Below, piece after piece: positions 44,513 to 54,382 of a stretch of 64,000 bases of DNA (its first letter is position 1; every line of letters begins with the position of its first letter). The notes under the pieces are model-generated. The model was not told the origin of the DNA. It worked only from the letters and a program-made list of their open reading frames with translations, and made no database searches. A program made the translations under genes and the position numbers. The stretch is from a virus (Duplodnaviria > Caudoviricetes): IMG/VR virus record IMGVR_UViG_3300050156_000143, positions 160,001 through 224,000 of that record. The stretch is one strand, 5' to 3'.

Positions 44513-45100
44513 ATGCTGATTCCAACCGTTATCGAGCAATCTGGCAATTCTGAACGCGGTTTTGACATCTTTAGTCGCATGTTGCGCGACCGGGTAGTGT
44601 TTTGCAACGGGCAAGTAACACAAGAGCTTGCAAACGTTGTGGTGGCACAATTGCTCTACCTTGAGAGCGAAAGTTCAACCAAAGACGTTACGTTGGTTGT
44701 TGCTGGCCCAGGTGGCAGTATTGATGCTGGCATGCAAATTGTTGACACCATGAATTTCATTTCGTGTGATGTTTCGACCCATGCGATGGGTATGGTGGCG
44801 TCAATGAGTTCGTTTATCGCGGCGAGTGGTGCCAAAGGTAAGCGCTATATCATGCCTAATACGCGCCACATGATTCATCAGCCACTTGGCGGCGCAGAAG
44901 GTCAAGCCACCGATATCGCCATCACTGCGAAAGAAATTTTGCGCATTAAGGAAAACATGAACCGACTATACGCGCAATATACCAACCAACCTTATGACAC
45001 AATTTGTCAAGATACCGAGCGAGACTTTTATATGTCGGCCCAACAATCCGTGGAGTACGGCCTGGCTGACCAAATTATCAGCAAACGGGGCCAACAATGA
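44513..45100 (+). CDS. clpP: ATP-dependent Clp protease proteolytic subunit
   Basis: LIPTVIE, DIFSR.LRDR, ASM (Ser), MIHQP (His), ERD (Asp), EYGL.D. Confidence 0.96.
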   Translation: MLIPTVIEQSGNSERGFDIFSRMLRDRVVFCNGQVTQELANVVVAQLLYLESESSTKDVTLVVAGPGGSIDAGMQIVDTMNFISCDVSTHAMGMVASMSSFIAASGAKGKRYIMPNTRHMIHQPLGGAEGQATDIAITAKEILRIKENMNRLYAQYTNQPYDTICQDTERDFYMSAQQSVEYGLADQIISKRGQQ

Positions 45101-45225
45101 AAACCATGATCGCAATTGTGTGTATCACGTTGTCAGCATGTGCAACCCATCGCGCTGATGATGTTTCGGTACAGTGCAACAAATTTCACACGCAGTATGA
45201 CTGCTATCGCGCCATTAACAAATGA
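45097..45225 (+). CDS. small lipoprotein (42 aa)
   Basis: MKTMIAIVCITLSAC lipobox; ATGA overlaps at both ends. Confidence 0.6.
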   Translation: MKTMIAIVCITLSACATHRADDVSVQCNKFHTQYDCYRAINK

Positions 45226-45947
45226 AAACCATGCTCAAAACTACCAAAGACGTTGAACAAGAGATTGGTAAAGTTAAACTTGCTTTGACCAAAACTCTGC
45301 AAACGGAAAAACTACCTGACTTCAAAATTGAGGTCAAAATGGCGGCAGACGTAAGCGGCAGTTTTGCTGATGAGTATGCCAACAAATTGGTTGATCCGTT
45401 TTTTGACGCTGCTATTAGCATCGCTCAAGTTGTTGACCCCGACAAATTGGTTCAAATTGTTGCGTTTAGTAGCGAGGCATTTGATACCGGCGATTATGGC
45501 GTAGATGATGCGAAGGACGTGAAAACAGAATTTTTGCGACGGGTTCCCGCCAGTATGTTATGGCGTGGCACAAACTATGGGCGTGCGTTAGAGGCCTTCA
45601 ACGTTGATGCCCCAAAGTCCACAGGTTTGTTCAGCGGGTTGTTTGGTGCCAAGAAAACTGTCGTCAATTCGCCGACGATTTTGCTGTTCTTGACTGACGG
45701 CGAAGATGGTGGAAACGAGGCAACTTTTTTGCGCAATTTGTCTCTCATGGTGGCCAGCAATTACTTCATTGTGCTAATCGGTGCCAACAATGATTCCCGC
45801 CAAGATTTCGCCACCTTGGTCAAAGCTGATGAACAAATTGAGGGCGTATCGTTTCACAAATTGTCAGATTTGAAGTCACTGTCCACCGACAAACTGTACC
45901 AACAGATTTTTAACCAGGAGTTCACTAAATGGTTCACCAAGAACTGA
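45222..45947 (+). CDS. vWA-domain protein (Ter-associated)
   Basis: MIDAS DVSGS, GTNY, LFLTDGED. Confidence 0.85.
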   Translation: MKTMLKTTKDVEQEIGKVKLALTKTLQTEKLPDFKIEVKMAADVSGSFADEYANKLVDPFFDAAISIAQVVDPDKLVQIVAFSSEAFDTGDYGVDDAKDVKTEFLRRVPASMLWRGTNYGRALEAFNVDAPKSTGLFSGLFGAKKTVVNSPTILLFLTDGEDGGNEATFLRNLSLMVASNYFIVLIGANNDSRQDFATLVKADEQIEGVSFHKLSDLKSLSTDKLYQQIFNQEFTKWFTKN

Positions 45948-46150
45948 AATCAATTGCGGACTATATTGCTGAACAAATTCTGGCCAATGGTGGCGAAGAA
46001 GGTGTCCACTGGCGTAATGCCCTAGTGAAAATCATGGCGGACAAATTGGGGATATCGACTGAACATGTTGACCAAACCTTAGACGACCAGATTGACGGAG
46101 CGTTGGCTATCAATCTTGGGTTGATGGAGGAAAATACTGATGGAATGTGA
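45929..46150 (+). CDS. hypothetical protein
   Basis: 73 aa ORF. Confidence 0.5.
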   Translation: MVHQELKSIADYIAEQILANGGEEGVHWRNALVKIMADKLGISTEHVDQTLDDQIDGALAINLGLMEENTDGM

Positions 46151-46358
46151 CCGCATTGAAGTGGAATCGATGGCAGCTTTTTCTCAGTATAACTGTGGAT
46201 CGTATCCTGGTTTATGGAGTGGACGACTGGTAAAAACCACGATCAATGGCGTTCGATATTTAGTAACTATGCCAATATATTGCAAGGGAGTAAATGTCCC
46301 AGTGACCGTTACGTGTAACGATGGTGTCTATGTTGTTGTGAATAAGGAATCACTATGA
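46140..46358 (+). CDS. hypothetical protein
   Basis: GGAGG SD. Confidence 0.6.
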   Translation: MECDRIEVESMAAFSQYNCGSYPGLWSGRLVKTTINGVRYLVTMPIYCKGVNVPVTVTCNDGVYVVVNKESL

Positions 46359-47368
46359 AAAGCAATTTGGATTATTTTAAGGGCAGCATCGCATTTGCCG
46401 TGCTCACCCTAATTTTGGTGGCGTCATACGGCGCATCTATTAGTTTGGCAGCAGCCGTGAGCTTCACGGTGTCTGCCATGATTTTGGCCATTTTGGAGAC
46501 CACAGTGTCTCTAGATAACGCCATTTTGAACGCCACGGTGTTGAAACACATGAGCGCATTTTGGCGAAAAATGTTCCTCACCGTGGGCATATTCATCGCG
46601 GTATTTGCTGTGCGAATGGTGTTGCCCATCATGATTGTCAAATTCACTGGCAATGTGACTTTCATGGATGCGATCACAATTCCATTCAATGATCCGGCGC
46701 GATATGCGCAAATCATGCACGATGCTCACATTTCTATTCTTGGGTTTGGTGCGACATTTTTGTTGATGGTAGTGGCGACTTATTTCTTCAACATTGACAA
46801 ATCCCACCACTGGATTCACCACGTTGAATCGAAGTTGACACAACTCCCAGTTACGCCAGTGGTGTTGATGGTAGTGGTGGTGATTGGGTATTTTGTCGAG
46901 TTGGACAAACTTGGTGCATATTTTATCAGTTCAGCAATTGGTTACGGTGTATACCAAACTATGCACCTTATCAAGGCATGGCTGGGGGGCAAAGACTTGT
47001 CCACCGCTGTTGCAAAAAATGGCCTAATCGGGTTCGCATACCTTGAACTGTTAGACGCTAGTTTCAGCCTTGACGGCGTGGTGGCAGCGTTTGCAATCAC
47101 CAATATGTTCATCATCATTGCAGCGGGCCTTGGAATTGGGGCTATGTTTGTGCGATCAATGACTGTGTATTTGGTGGACAAAGAAACGCTGGAACAGTAT
47201 GAATTCCTGGAGCATGCGGCATATTGGGCCATTGCGGCGTTGGTTGTGATCATGTATCTGGGTATTTTGCACATCGAAGTGGGCGAAATTGTTGCAGGGT
47301 TAACCTCCGCAGCAATTATCGCTGCTGGGGTGTGGTCATCTATTCGCAAAAACCGTATTTCAAACTGA
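46355..47368 (+). CDS. terC: TerC-family (DUF475) integral membrane protein
   Basis: LE..VSLDNAI.NA..LK.MS.FW, YLELLDASFSLDGV..AFAIT, GLGIGAMFVRSMT. Confidence 0.92.
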   Translation: MKSNLDYFKGSIAFAVLTLILVASYGASISLAAAVSFTVSAMILAILETTVSLDNAILNATVLKHMSAFWRKMFLTVGIFIAVFAVRMVLPIMIVKFTGNVTFMDAITIPFNDPARYAQIMHDAHISILGFGATFLLMVVATYFFNIDKSHHWIHHVESKLTQLPVTPVVLMVVVVIGYFVELDKLGAYFISSAIGYGVYQTMHLIKAWLGGKDLSTAVAKNGLIGFAYLELLDASFSLDGVVAAFAITNMFIIIAAGLGIGAMFVRSMTVYLVDKETLEQYEFLEHAAYWAIAALVVIMYLGILHIEVGEIVAGLTSAAIIAAGVWSSIRKNRISN

Positions 47369-47378
47369 AAGGAATATC

Positions 47379-47978
47379 ATGTTAAAAATCACAAAAGATC
47401 AAAAACTACCATTGGTGAAAGGTGGCGCTAAATTGACCAAAATTCGGTTGGAACTATCTTGGAGTCCACCGACTATCAATACGACCGGATACGCCTATGA
47501 TTTTGATATCAGCGCCTTATTGACCGACTCCTCAAAAACTGGGAATTGCGACATGGGCGTGAGCATTGGCAATCAATGGATATGTTACTGGGGACAACAA
47601 AATACCCCATACGCAAACCATATCAAGGGCGATAACCGCAATGGTGTTGGTGTTGGTGCTGATGAAATTGTGGAAATCGATTTCGCACAAATTCCGCAAA
47701 ATGCTGACCGAGTGCCATGTGTTATCACTATTGACAAAGCGATTGCTCAAAACCAATGCTTCGATCATTGTGGTGATGCGACCGCTGTGGTGTTTGATTC
47801 AGCGTCGAATACCCCAATTGCCACCATTGTGTTGAGCAAGTTGGACAAAGGTTCCACCAGCGCCTTGTTGGGGTGTTTCAAACGAGACAGCGGTGGCTGG
47901 ACATTTGAGAACGCATCGACTGGATTTGTGGATAAGGAATTGGTTGACTTTTTTATGTTGTTTGGATGTGAACTATGA
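47379..47978 (+). CDS. terD: TerD-family stress protein
   Basis: L.W, DFDISA, GDNRNG.G.G.DE.V.IDF. Confidence 0.88.
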   Translation: MLKITKDQKLPLVKGGAKLTKIRLELSWSPPTINTTGYAYDFDISALLTDSSKTGNCDMGVSIGNQWICYWGQQNTPYANHIKGDNRNGVGVGADEIVEIDFAQIPQNADRVPCVITIDKAIAQNQCFDHCGDATAVVFDSASNTPIATIVLSKLDKGSTSALLGCFKRDSGGWTFENASTGFVDKELVDFFMLFGCEL

Positions 47979-48532
47979 ACTTGTATCTAGACTGTGAATT
48001 CAACGAGTTCAAGGGTGAACTCATATCGATGGCGCTAGTGTCAAATTCTGGACATGAATGGTACGAAGTGTTGGAATGCAACCGTCCGAAACCTTGGGTC
48101 AAACAGCATGTCATTCCAGTGCTGAATAAGGATGCAGTCACGATTGACAAATTTCAACAAAGTTTGCGGAACTTTCTGGGTCAATTTTCTACCATTCATG
48201 TGGTCGCAGACTGGCCAGAAGATATTGCTCATTTTTGCAACGCCTTGATTACTGGCCCTGGTGAACGAATGAATACCCCGCCGTTAACTATGGAAGTCAA
48301 GCGGGTAGATTGTGCCAGCAAAATCCCTCATAATGCGCTAAGTGATGCTCGTGGCATCCGTGATGAGTTATGTAAGCCAACCGAATTGACCAAACAATAT
48401 GACACCGGAAACGGTTGGCCAGTCAGAGTTGTGGCCGATTTGTCGGGATACACCTTGCATTTTGCTGACCACACATCATCGACAAAAGAGCATAATGCAA
48501 CGATGGACGAGAGGGGGTTGCTGAAATTATGA
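47975..48532 (+). CDS. 3'-5' exoribonuclease (DEDDh, Rv2179c/DUF5051-like)
   Basis: YLDCEF, LISMALV, ADWPEDI, PHNALSDA. Confidence 0.85.
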   Translation: MNLYLDCEFNEFKGELISMALVSNSGHEWYEVLECNRPKPWVKQHVIPVLNKDAVTIDKFQQSLRNFLGQFSTIHVVADWPEDIAHFCNALITGPGERMNTPPLTMEVKRVDCASKIPHNALSDARGIRDELCKPTELTKQYDTGNGWPVRVVADLSGYTLHFADHTSSTKEHNATMDERGLLKL

Positions 48533-48653
48533 GCATCTTTCCGGGTGCTGTGGAGTTCAAGCGCAAAAAGCGTTAACCCCACTCGTTGGTCAGGAATTGA
48601 CAATGACTTCTGACGGTGTGCTATGATGAACACCATCAACACGTAAATACATC

Positions 48654-48839
48654 ATGAAAACTTCAGAAGTCACCCAACCCTCTCTCAAAATTTTGGCCGA
48701 AACCTTTGATCAAACTCAGTCTGGATTCTTGACGGAAGACCTGATCAATGTCACTCAAGTGGTGAAATGGTCTGCACCAATGTCTAGCGACGATTTGGAT
48801 TGCTTTTTGCAACAATGTGGGGTCAATCTTGAAGGTTGA
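48654..48839 (+). CDS. small acidic protein, candidate antitoxin, late gene
   Basis: TAAATA (48644)-N4-ATG; MKTSEV; overlaps the toxin start. Confidence 0.6.
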   Translation: MKTSEVTQPSLKILAETFDQTQSGFLTEDLINVTQVVKWSAPMSSDDLDCFLQQCGVNLEG

Positions 48840-49170
48840 ATTCCAAGTTTGTGACCTGTTTGTAAAAACGCTGAAAGCAAACCCGCAAGTTGTAAAAACG
48901 TTTATGCAATTCAAGGCGGCAAAAGCAACAAATCCTACCGCAGCATTTGGATCAAGTGATTACCCTTTCAGGCATTCTTTTCTGAAGGGGTATATTCACG
49001 CCAAATTGACATTCGATGTGTCTATCATATACAGCATTTCCGGCGGTGATTCAAAGGTGATAAAACTTTATGGGATTTTTAGCCACGATGATTCTGGAAC
49101 GGGTCAACCGCCTAATCTCAATCGTCAACAATCCCTTGGTAAAAAACTTGGAAATCAGCAGTTCACATGA
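48817..49170 (+). CDS. RelE/YafQ-like mRNA interferase (start may be TTG 48829)
   Basis: DYPF...LKGYIHAKL..D..IIY......L.GIFSHDD. Confidence 0.7.
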   Translation: MGSILKVEFQVCDLFVKTLKANPQVVKTFMQFKAAKATNPTAAFGSSDYPFRHSFLKGYIHAKLTFDVSIIYSISGGDSKVIKLYGIFSHDDSGTGQPPNLNRQQSLGKKLGNQQFT

Positions 49171-49721
49171 TGCAATATGCAGCCCTACGCAATTTACGAA
49201 AAACCAATATGGTGAACGATGGCACTCGAACGCTGTCTGAATCGATTGTTGTGTGGGAAGTCGGCGTGGCTTTTGATGATTTTGTGAAAGCCACCAAGGA
49301 TGAACATTTCGTATTGATCGGTGGGTTGGCGTTGAGCTTTTACGTTAAACCGAGAACGACCACCGATGTTGATGTCTTGTTTTTATCGGACGGTGATATT
49401 CCAGCGTCATTGGATAAATTTAACCACCACAGTGGTGCGTTTGAGCATAAGATGACTGGTGTTGAGGTTGAAGTTCTATCTCCAACGGCAATCAATCTGC
49501 CTCAACACATTGCAGAACACATTTTTGCAACTGCGCGAAAAGTTGACGGAGTTAAAATTGCCTCACCTGCTGGCCTAGTGGTGTCAAAACTCGGGCGCTT
49601 CAATCGGCAAGATCAAGCAGACATTGAATCACTGTTGAAATATGAGAAGTTCAACATTGACGAATATCATGTGCCCCCATTGTGGGAAGAACGGTTTCGG
49701 TCAATTGAGGCAACATTATGA
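49167..49721 (+). CDS. nucleotidyltransferase (DUF6036/AbiEii-like)
   Basis: VLIGGLAL.FY..PR.T.DVD, L..SKL...R.QD..DI..LL. Confidence 0.8.
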   Translation: MMQYAALRNLRKTNMVNDGTRTLSESIVVWEVGVAFDDFVKATKDEHFVLIGGLALSFYVKPRTTTDVDVLFLSDGDIPASLDKFNHHSGAFEHKMTGVEVEVLSPTAINLPQHIAEHIFATARKVDGVKIASPAGLVVSKLGRFNRQDQADIESLLKYEKFNIDEYHVPPLWEERFRSIEATL

Positions 49722-50146
49722 GCAATTTGATGGAATCTGCCAGGTCATTGATGTTACTGGCTCACAAGGGCCAACGGGATCGGGGCGGAAAACCGTATCA
49801 CCTTCATCCCGAACATGTTGCGAATAGCTTATGCACTGATGATGAAGAATTGTTTTGTATCGCATTACTGCACGATGCCAAAGAAGATGGTGGGATCACT
49901 GATGAAATGATGTCAGCTCACGGTATGACTCCCCGTGTGGTGGCCGGGGTAAACGCATTGACTAAAATCCCCGGACAGTCGTTGGAAGAATATAAAACCA
50001 CTGTGATGAGTAATGCCGATGCGACCATAGTTAAACGCGCCGACTTGACGCACAACATGGATTTGACCAGACTGAAAAAAATTACCCAAAAAGATATTGA
50101 CAGAAATGTGCAGTATCAAAGTTTCTTAAACCAGCTCAACCAATAG
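49718..50146 (+). CDS. small HD-domain hydrolase (SpoT/Mesh1-like)
   Basis: AHKGQ.D.GG.PY..HP..V, ALLHD..ED, LTK, VK.AD..HN. Confidence 0.88.
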   Translation: MSNLMESARSLMLLAHKGQRDRGGKPYHLHPEHVANSLCTDDEELFCIALLHDAKEDGGITDEMMSAHGMTPRVVAGVNALTKIPGQSLEEYKTTVMSNADATIVKRADLTHNMDLTRLKKITQKDIDRNVQYQSFLNQLNQ

Positions 50147-50156
50147 GAGAGCAATT

Positions 50157-50921
50157 GTGGACTATGCTGATCGCTTAAAATCACTCGATCTTAAATACAA
50201 AATTGGTATCGGGGTCGCCCTCATCGTGCTGGCACCAGCACTTATCCTGTTATTGAAGTCGTTGATTGCCACCATCGCCATTGGTGCAGTGTGTCTAGCA
50301 ACGATCAATTTTGCACCAGTTTTCTCGCAGAAACTGGCAAATTGGAAGTTGGCGGCAACCATTGATGAAGCGCGTAAACGTCCAATCATCGATGCGACCA
50401 GCGTGTTGGATAAAAAGCAACGCGAATTCGATGAATCGGTCATCAAGGTAAAAGCCGCAACGGGCGCACGTGATACTTTTATCGAAAAATGTCGTGAATT
50501 CTCCAAACAATACCCCCACCGGGCAGATGAGTTTCACAAACGTGCGGAACAATTTGCAATTCGGGTGGAGAAGCTGAAAGTTAAATTGGCTGAGTTCAAA
50601 GTCACCATTGACAATGGTCGCAAGGTGGTGCAGGAAATGAGCGCCTATTATGAAATGACCAAGGCACTGGATGCAGCGAATGCCGCTATCAATATGGGTG
50701 AAATGAACTCAAGCGACCAGATTCGTCTGGATACTGCTTGGAACAGTGTGTTGCAACAAATGAATAGCTCGTTTGCTGATTTGGAGATTGCGGAGGCTCT
50801 GGCAAAAGACCCGGAAGCACCACTTCCAGCTCAACCTACGTCACCAAAGATGCCGCAACTTGAACAGCCACAGGTGAACCCTGCTGCCGGACTGTTTGCC
50901 AAAATGAAACAATCTCGGTAA
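50157..50921 (+). CDS. membrane-anchored coiled-coil protein (PspA-like, tentative)
   Basis: Two N-terminal TMs then long helical heptads. Confidence 0.65.
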   Translation: MDYADRLKSLDLKYKIGIGVALIVLAPALILLLKSLIATIAIGAVCLATINFAPVFSQKLANWKLAATIDEARKRPIIDATSVLDKKQREFDESVIKVKAATGARDTFIEKCREFSKQYPHRADEFHKRAEQFAIRVEKLKVKLAEFKVTIDNGRKVVQEMSAYYEMTKALDAANAAINMGEMNSSDQIRLDTAWNSVLQQMNSSFADLEIAEALAKDPEAPLPAQPTSPKMPQLEQPQVNPAAGLFAKMKQSR

Positions 50922-50947
50922 AACAGTCGGGTATAGCTTGAGCGTCG

Positions 50948-51277
50948 ATGTTTGAGCTATACTTGTCTCAACTTTTGGAGAGCACCTTGTTTCAGCACCG
51001 TTTTGCCCATGATGATGTTCCTGCGATGCGTTTCATGCGTTTGGTGGAAAGAGTGTGTCATAAACATGATTTGAGCGTGTTGGAACTGATAAACGCACAT
51101 TCTCAGGAAACTTGTTACGACACGCTGATTCGATTTTGTGACCAACAATCGCTCACCCGTTTCAAAACAATGGCCCAAACCGATTTGTCACCCGTGAGTG
51201 ACATTGACGTGATGAAAACCATCGAACTGGTGTTCGCCCAAGAGATCGGTGAATTTGGTCGGCCACAATCTCTTTGA
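50948..51277 (+). CDS. hypothetical protein
   Basis: 109 aa ORF. Confidence 0.6.
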   Translation: MFELYLSQLLESTLFQHRFAHDDVPAMRFMRLVERVCHKHDLSVLELINAHSQETCYDTLIRFCDQQSLTRFKTMAQTDLSPVSDIDVMKTIELVFAQEIGEFGRPQSL

Positions 51278-51290
51278 ATTTCACTGATTA

Positions 51291-51719
51291 CTAGGCAGCC
51301 GATTGACCAGTGCTGCCAATTCGTTTGATTGCACCGTCGATTGTTGCCATGCTGTCATCAAAATCGTCGTCGTTGTCTTTGATACGATCTAGAGCGGTGT
51401 TGATGGATGAGATGCCGTCGTCAAACCCATCAGCAACATTATCTGCCATCAATTGTTTTTCAATGCGTTTGAGCGCACCACGAACTTTGTTCATGTTGAC
51501 CATAGTAGCTGACCGCCATTTTTTTCGGTCTGCTGGGTCTTTGAATTTGTTCACAATGGCAAGTGCTTTCTTGCAGTGAGTCATGCGTTTGATTGCGTCA
51601 TCGATGTCGGAAATCTGGGAGGCATCAACAACTTCCTGGAGTTGTTCAAGACCATGAGAGTAACTCTCATCGAGACGGCGCACATTGGCAAGTTTTAAGA
51701 GTTGAGTAAGTTCATCCAT
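51291..51719 (-). CDS. helical late protein
   Basis: TAAATA (51724, -)-N4-ATG; internal repeat FDDGISSINTALDRIK / FDDSMATIDGAIKRIG. Confidence 0.75.
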   Translation of the reverse strand: MDELTQLLKLANVRRLDESYSHGLEQLQEVVDASQISDIDDAIKRMTHCKKALAIVNKFKDPADRKKWRSATMVNMNKVRGALKRIEKQLMADNVADGFDDGISSINTALDRIKDNDDDFDDSMATIDGAIKRIGSTGQSAA

Positions 51720-51855
51720 TTGTTATTTAGGATAGGAGCGAATATATGTTATATCGGGTAGTTTTCAGTGTGCTTATCATGGTGACAATTGGTGCCACCG
51801 TAGCATTCCAACAGGGTGTTGACCTCGTGGGTATCGTCAAAACTGTAATTTCACA

Positions 51856-52194
51856 ATGAGGAAAACGTCAATGGACACGATTGAAACGATTGGCCGTCAA
51901 GATGCCGTGGGTTATTTTTTACTGGTGGCTGTCAGTGCCCAGCAACACAGTGACGGAAAAACCATCGACCGGATTGGGCAAGCACCGTATTCAGCACAAT
52001 TGCTGGTGAACGGGGTGGAAGTCCCATTCGTCGAAACGGTCGTTGAAATTTTCAAACGAATGAATGCCAATATTGACGACAAAGTGGACGCACGGATTGC
52101 TGAGTTTGTCGCCTCAAAATTCGGCAAACTGCAAACGGCAATTGACGAAGCCACCAATCTGATCACCAACGCAGCTAACACACTGAAGGAATGA
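51856..52194 (+). CDS. hypothetical protein
   Basis: 112 aa ORF coupled to next gene. Confidence 0.65.
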   Translation: MRKTSMDTIETIGRQDAVGYFLLVAVSAQQHSDGKTIDRIGQAPYSAQLLVNGVEVPFVETVVEIFKRMNANIDDKVDARIAEFVASKFGKLQTAIDEATNLITNAANTLKE

Positions 52195-53936
52195 ATATGT
52201 CTGATTTTACCAAGTATGTGGCCACGATTCAGGCCCGTGTTGAATCCATTTTGGGACAAGGTACTCCAATTTTCACTACCGATGTTCAAAACTTGTGGGA
52301 AATTTACCTAGACGGTTTTGCCACCCTAGAACAACGGCAATACCACAACTGCAATTGCTGCAAGTCGTTTATCCGCAAGTACGGGCACCTCGCGTATGTT
52401 GATAATGGACAATTGGTGCCGTTATTTTGGGATGAAGCAGAAGCAATCGATCGCTACAAGGCAACCGTCAGCGGCATGGTCAGCGTATTGAAGAACGCTA
52501 GCATCACGGGTGTGTTTGTATCGTCGGATAAACAATGGGGTCGCGTGTTTGAAGGCGGGTGGGATCATTTTGGATTCACTCAGCCAATCCCATATGTGGA
52601 ATCCCCGACCAAAGCCGCTCATCAAGCGATCGCTGAGTTTTCTGAAAACCACAAGATGGTGATGCACGCGCATGCCACCATTAACCAAAATGACGTCAAA
52701 ACTGCGATCACATTGCTGGAAAGCGGGTCATTGGACTATGGTGACAAATATGCCAAGTCGCTGAAGTGGTTTTATTCCACTTACCGCGCATCAAATAATA
52801 ATTTGTGGCAACTGGTGGCCAGCGCCAAACCAGGCTATTACAATCCTGCCAACGGTATGACGGGTGCATTGTTGGAAATGATTGCTGCCAAAACGGATAT
52901 TACCAAATTGACCGCATCATGGAATGACATGGTTTCCCCCATGCGTTACATGCGTGCGACCGTTGACCCCAGTGATGGAAACTTGGCGCAAGCTGAACAA
53001 ATCATTGCCAAACATGGGCTGGTGAAATCTTTGGCTCGGCGTTATGCCACATTGGATGACATCCAAACGTTCTGGAAATCAAATGATACAAAGAAGGTGG
53101 TCTCTGGCCCCGTATTTGGTCATTTGACCCCCAAGGTGAAAAAACAAGTGATCCCAGATTTGAATCTACCTGCGTCTACCATGACTTGGGAAAATCGCAA
53201 CGACCTTGATTTGCATATGATTACCCCACGTGGGGAACACATTTATTTTGCCGATATGAAATCCCGGTGTGGTGGATGGTTGGATATTGACATGAACCGT
53301 TCCGGGGAAACTGTTACCCCGGTGGAAAACATTCGCTGGGACAAGGGTGCTGCACCGTCTGGCACATATCGAGTCCACATTAATAATTATCGGTTCCATG
53401 AACCATCGCGCCAACCTACCCCGTTCAAGGTGGAGATTGAAGCTGATGGAAAAATTTATCAGTTTGGCGGGACATGTCATGGTCAGGGGACGAGCGGCAA
53501 CGTACAAATCGCCACAATTGTTTGGCAACCTGGGCGAACAATTGTCACCGGTAGTACAAATGTCACCTCGACCGTGAGTGGCGGAAATTGGGGCGTGCGC
53601 CCTGGTCAGTGGGTGAAAGTGAATGCGTTGGCGAAATCTCCAAACTCGTGGGACTCCGATGAGGTTCGCTCAAATCATCACATCATGTTCATTTTACAAG
53701 GGTGCAAAGATGCGGCAAATGGTGTTGGGCGAAGTTTTTTTACCGAGATGCTCAAATCTGAGTTGCACCCGATTCGTTCAACCTTGGAAGCATTTGCCAA
53801 GAACGCTGTGATCGAAGACGCCGAGTCCAACAGCGCATGCGGACTAGGGTTTACTCCACAAGTTGACTGGAATTTGCGTCTAAAAGTCATGACCCGAGAC
53901 TCGGTGCGGGAAATTCTGATCGACCGTTTCGACTAA
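52191..53936 (+). CDS. large protein with YfaP/DUF2135-like domain
   Basis: Q.HNCNCCKSFI N-domain; NDLDLH..P.GE.I.F...GGWLDIDMN...PVENI.W. Confidence 0.7.
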   Translation: MNMSDFTKYVATIQARVESILGQGTPIFTTDVQNLWEIYLDGFATLEQRQYHNCNCCKSFIRKYGHLAYVDNGQLVPLFWDEAEAIDRYKATVSGMVSVLKNASITGVFVSSDKQWGRVFEGGWDHFGFTQPIPYVESPTKAAHQAIAEFSENHKMVMHAHATINQNDVKTAITLLESGSLDYGDKYAKSLKWFYSTYRASNNNLWQLVASAKPGYYNPANGMTGALLEMIAAKTDITKLTASWNDMVSPMRYMRATVDPSDGNLAQAEQIIAKHGLVKSLARRYATLDDIQTFWKSNDTKKVVSGPVFGHLTPKVKKQVIPDLNLPASTMTWENRNDLDLHMITPRGEHIYFADMKSRCGGWLDIDMNRSGETVTPVENIRWDKGAAPSGTYRVHINNYRFHEPSRQPTPFKVEIEADGKIYQFGGTCHGQGTSGNVQIATIVWQPGRTIVTGSTNVTSTVSGGNWGVRPGQWVKVNALAKSPNSWDSDEVRSNHHIMFILQGCKDAANGVGRSFFTEMLKSELHPIRSTLEAFAKNAVIEDAESNSACGLGFTPQVDWNLRLKVMTRDSVREILIDRFD

Positions 53937-54022
53937 ATCCTGACCAAAATGGTGGGCAATGGTACATGCCAATGTTTTCTGCTATAGTTCACCACATCGC
54001 AACACACCTTGAAGGACATTTT

Positions 54023-54208
54023 ATGGAATACGTCTACATCGCATGGGGCATTGGCGCATGGTTCACCTTGGGGGCGCTATTAGAGATGTTCCCCACTGCG
54101 CCATTCCTTGGAAAAATCCTGGTCGCGCTGATTGTTTGGCCATTTGCACTGGGAAAGATTGTGGGTTACATTGGTTCGCACGTTACTGGGAAAATTGATC
54201 TGAAATGA
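54023..54208 (+). CDS. small membrane protein
   Basis: GAAGGA SD; ALIVWP. Confidence 0.65.
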   Translation: MEYVYIAWGIGAWFTLGALLEMFPTAPFLGKILVALIVWPFALGKIVGYIGSHVTGKIDLK

Positions 54209-54230
54209 TGGTCAACGGTGTTTCACCACG

Positions 54231-54251
54231 GGGGGCTTCGGCCCCTTTTTT
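54231..54251 (+). terminator. intrinsic terminator
   Basis: GGGG-GCTTCGGC-CCCTTTTTT with cUUCGg loop. Confidence 0.8.
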
Positions 54252-54382
54252 CATTGTGGACAGCAAAATAATCCCCACAGTTGCCGTCAGGTTTTACACA
54301 CGGGTTGCGTTAGACATTCGTTTCGGTTAAAGTTCACTACATGGACGGCGCACAATGTGCCAACAACCAAGAGGACACAATC

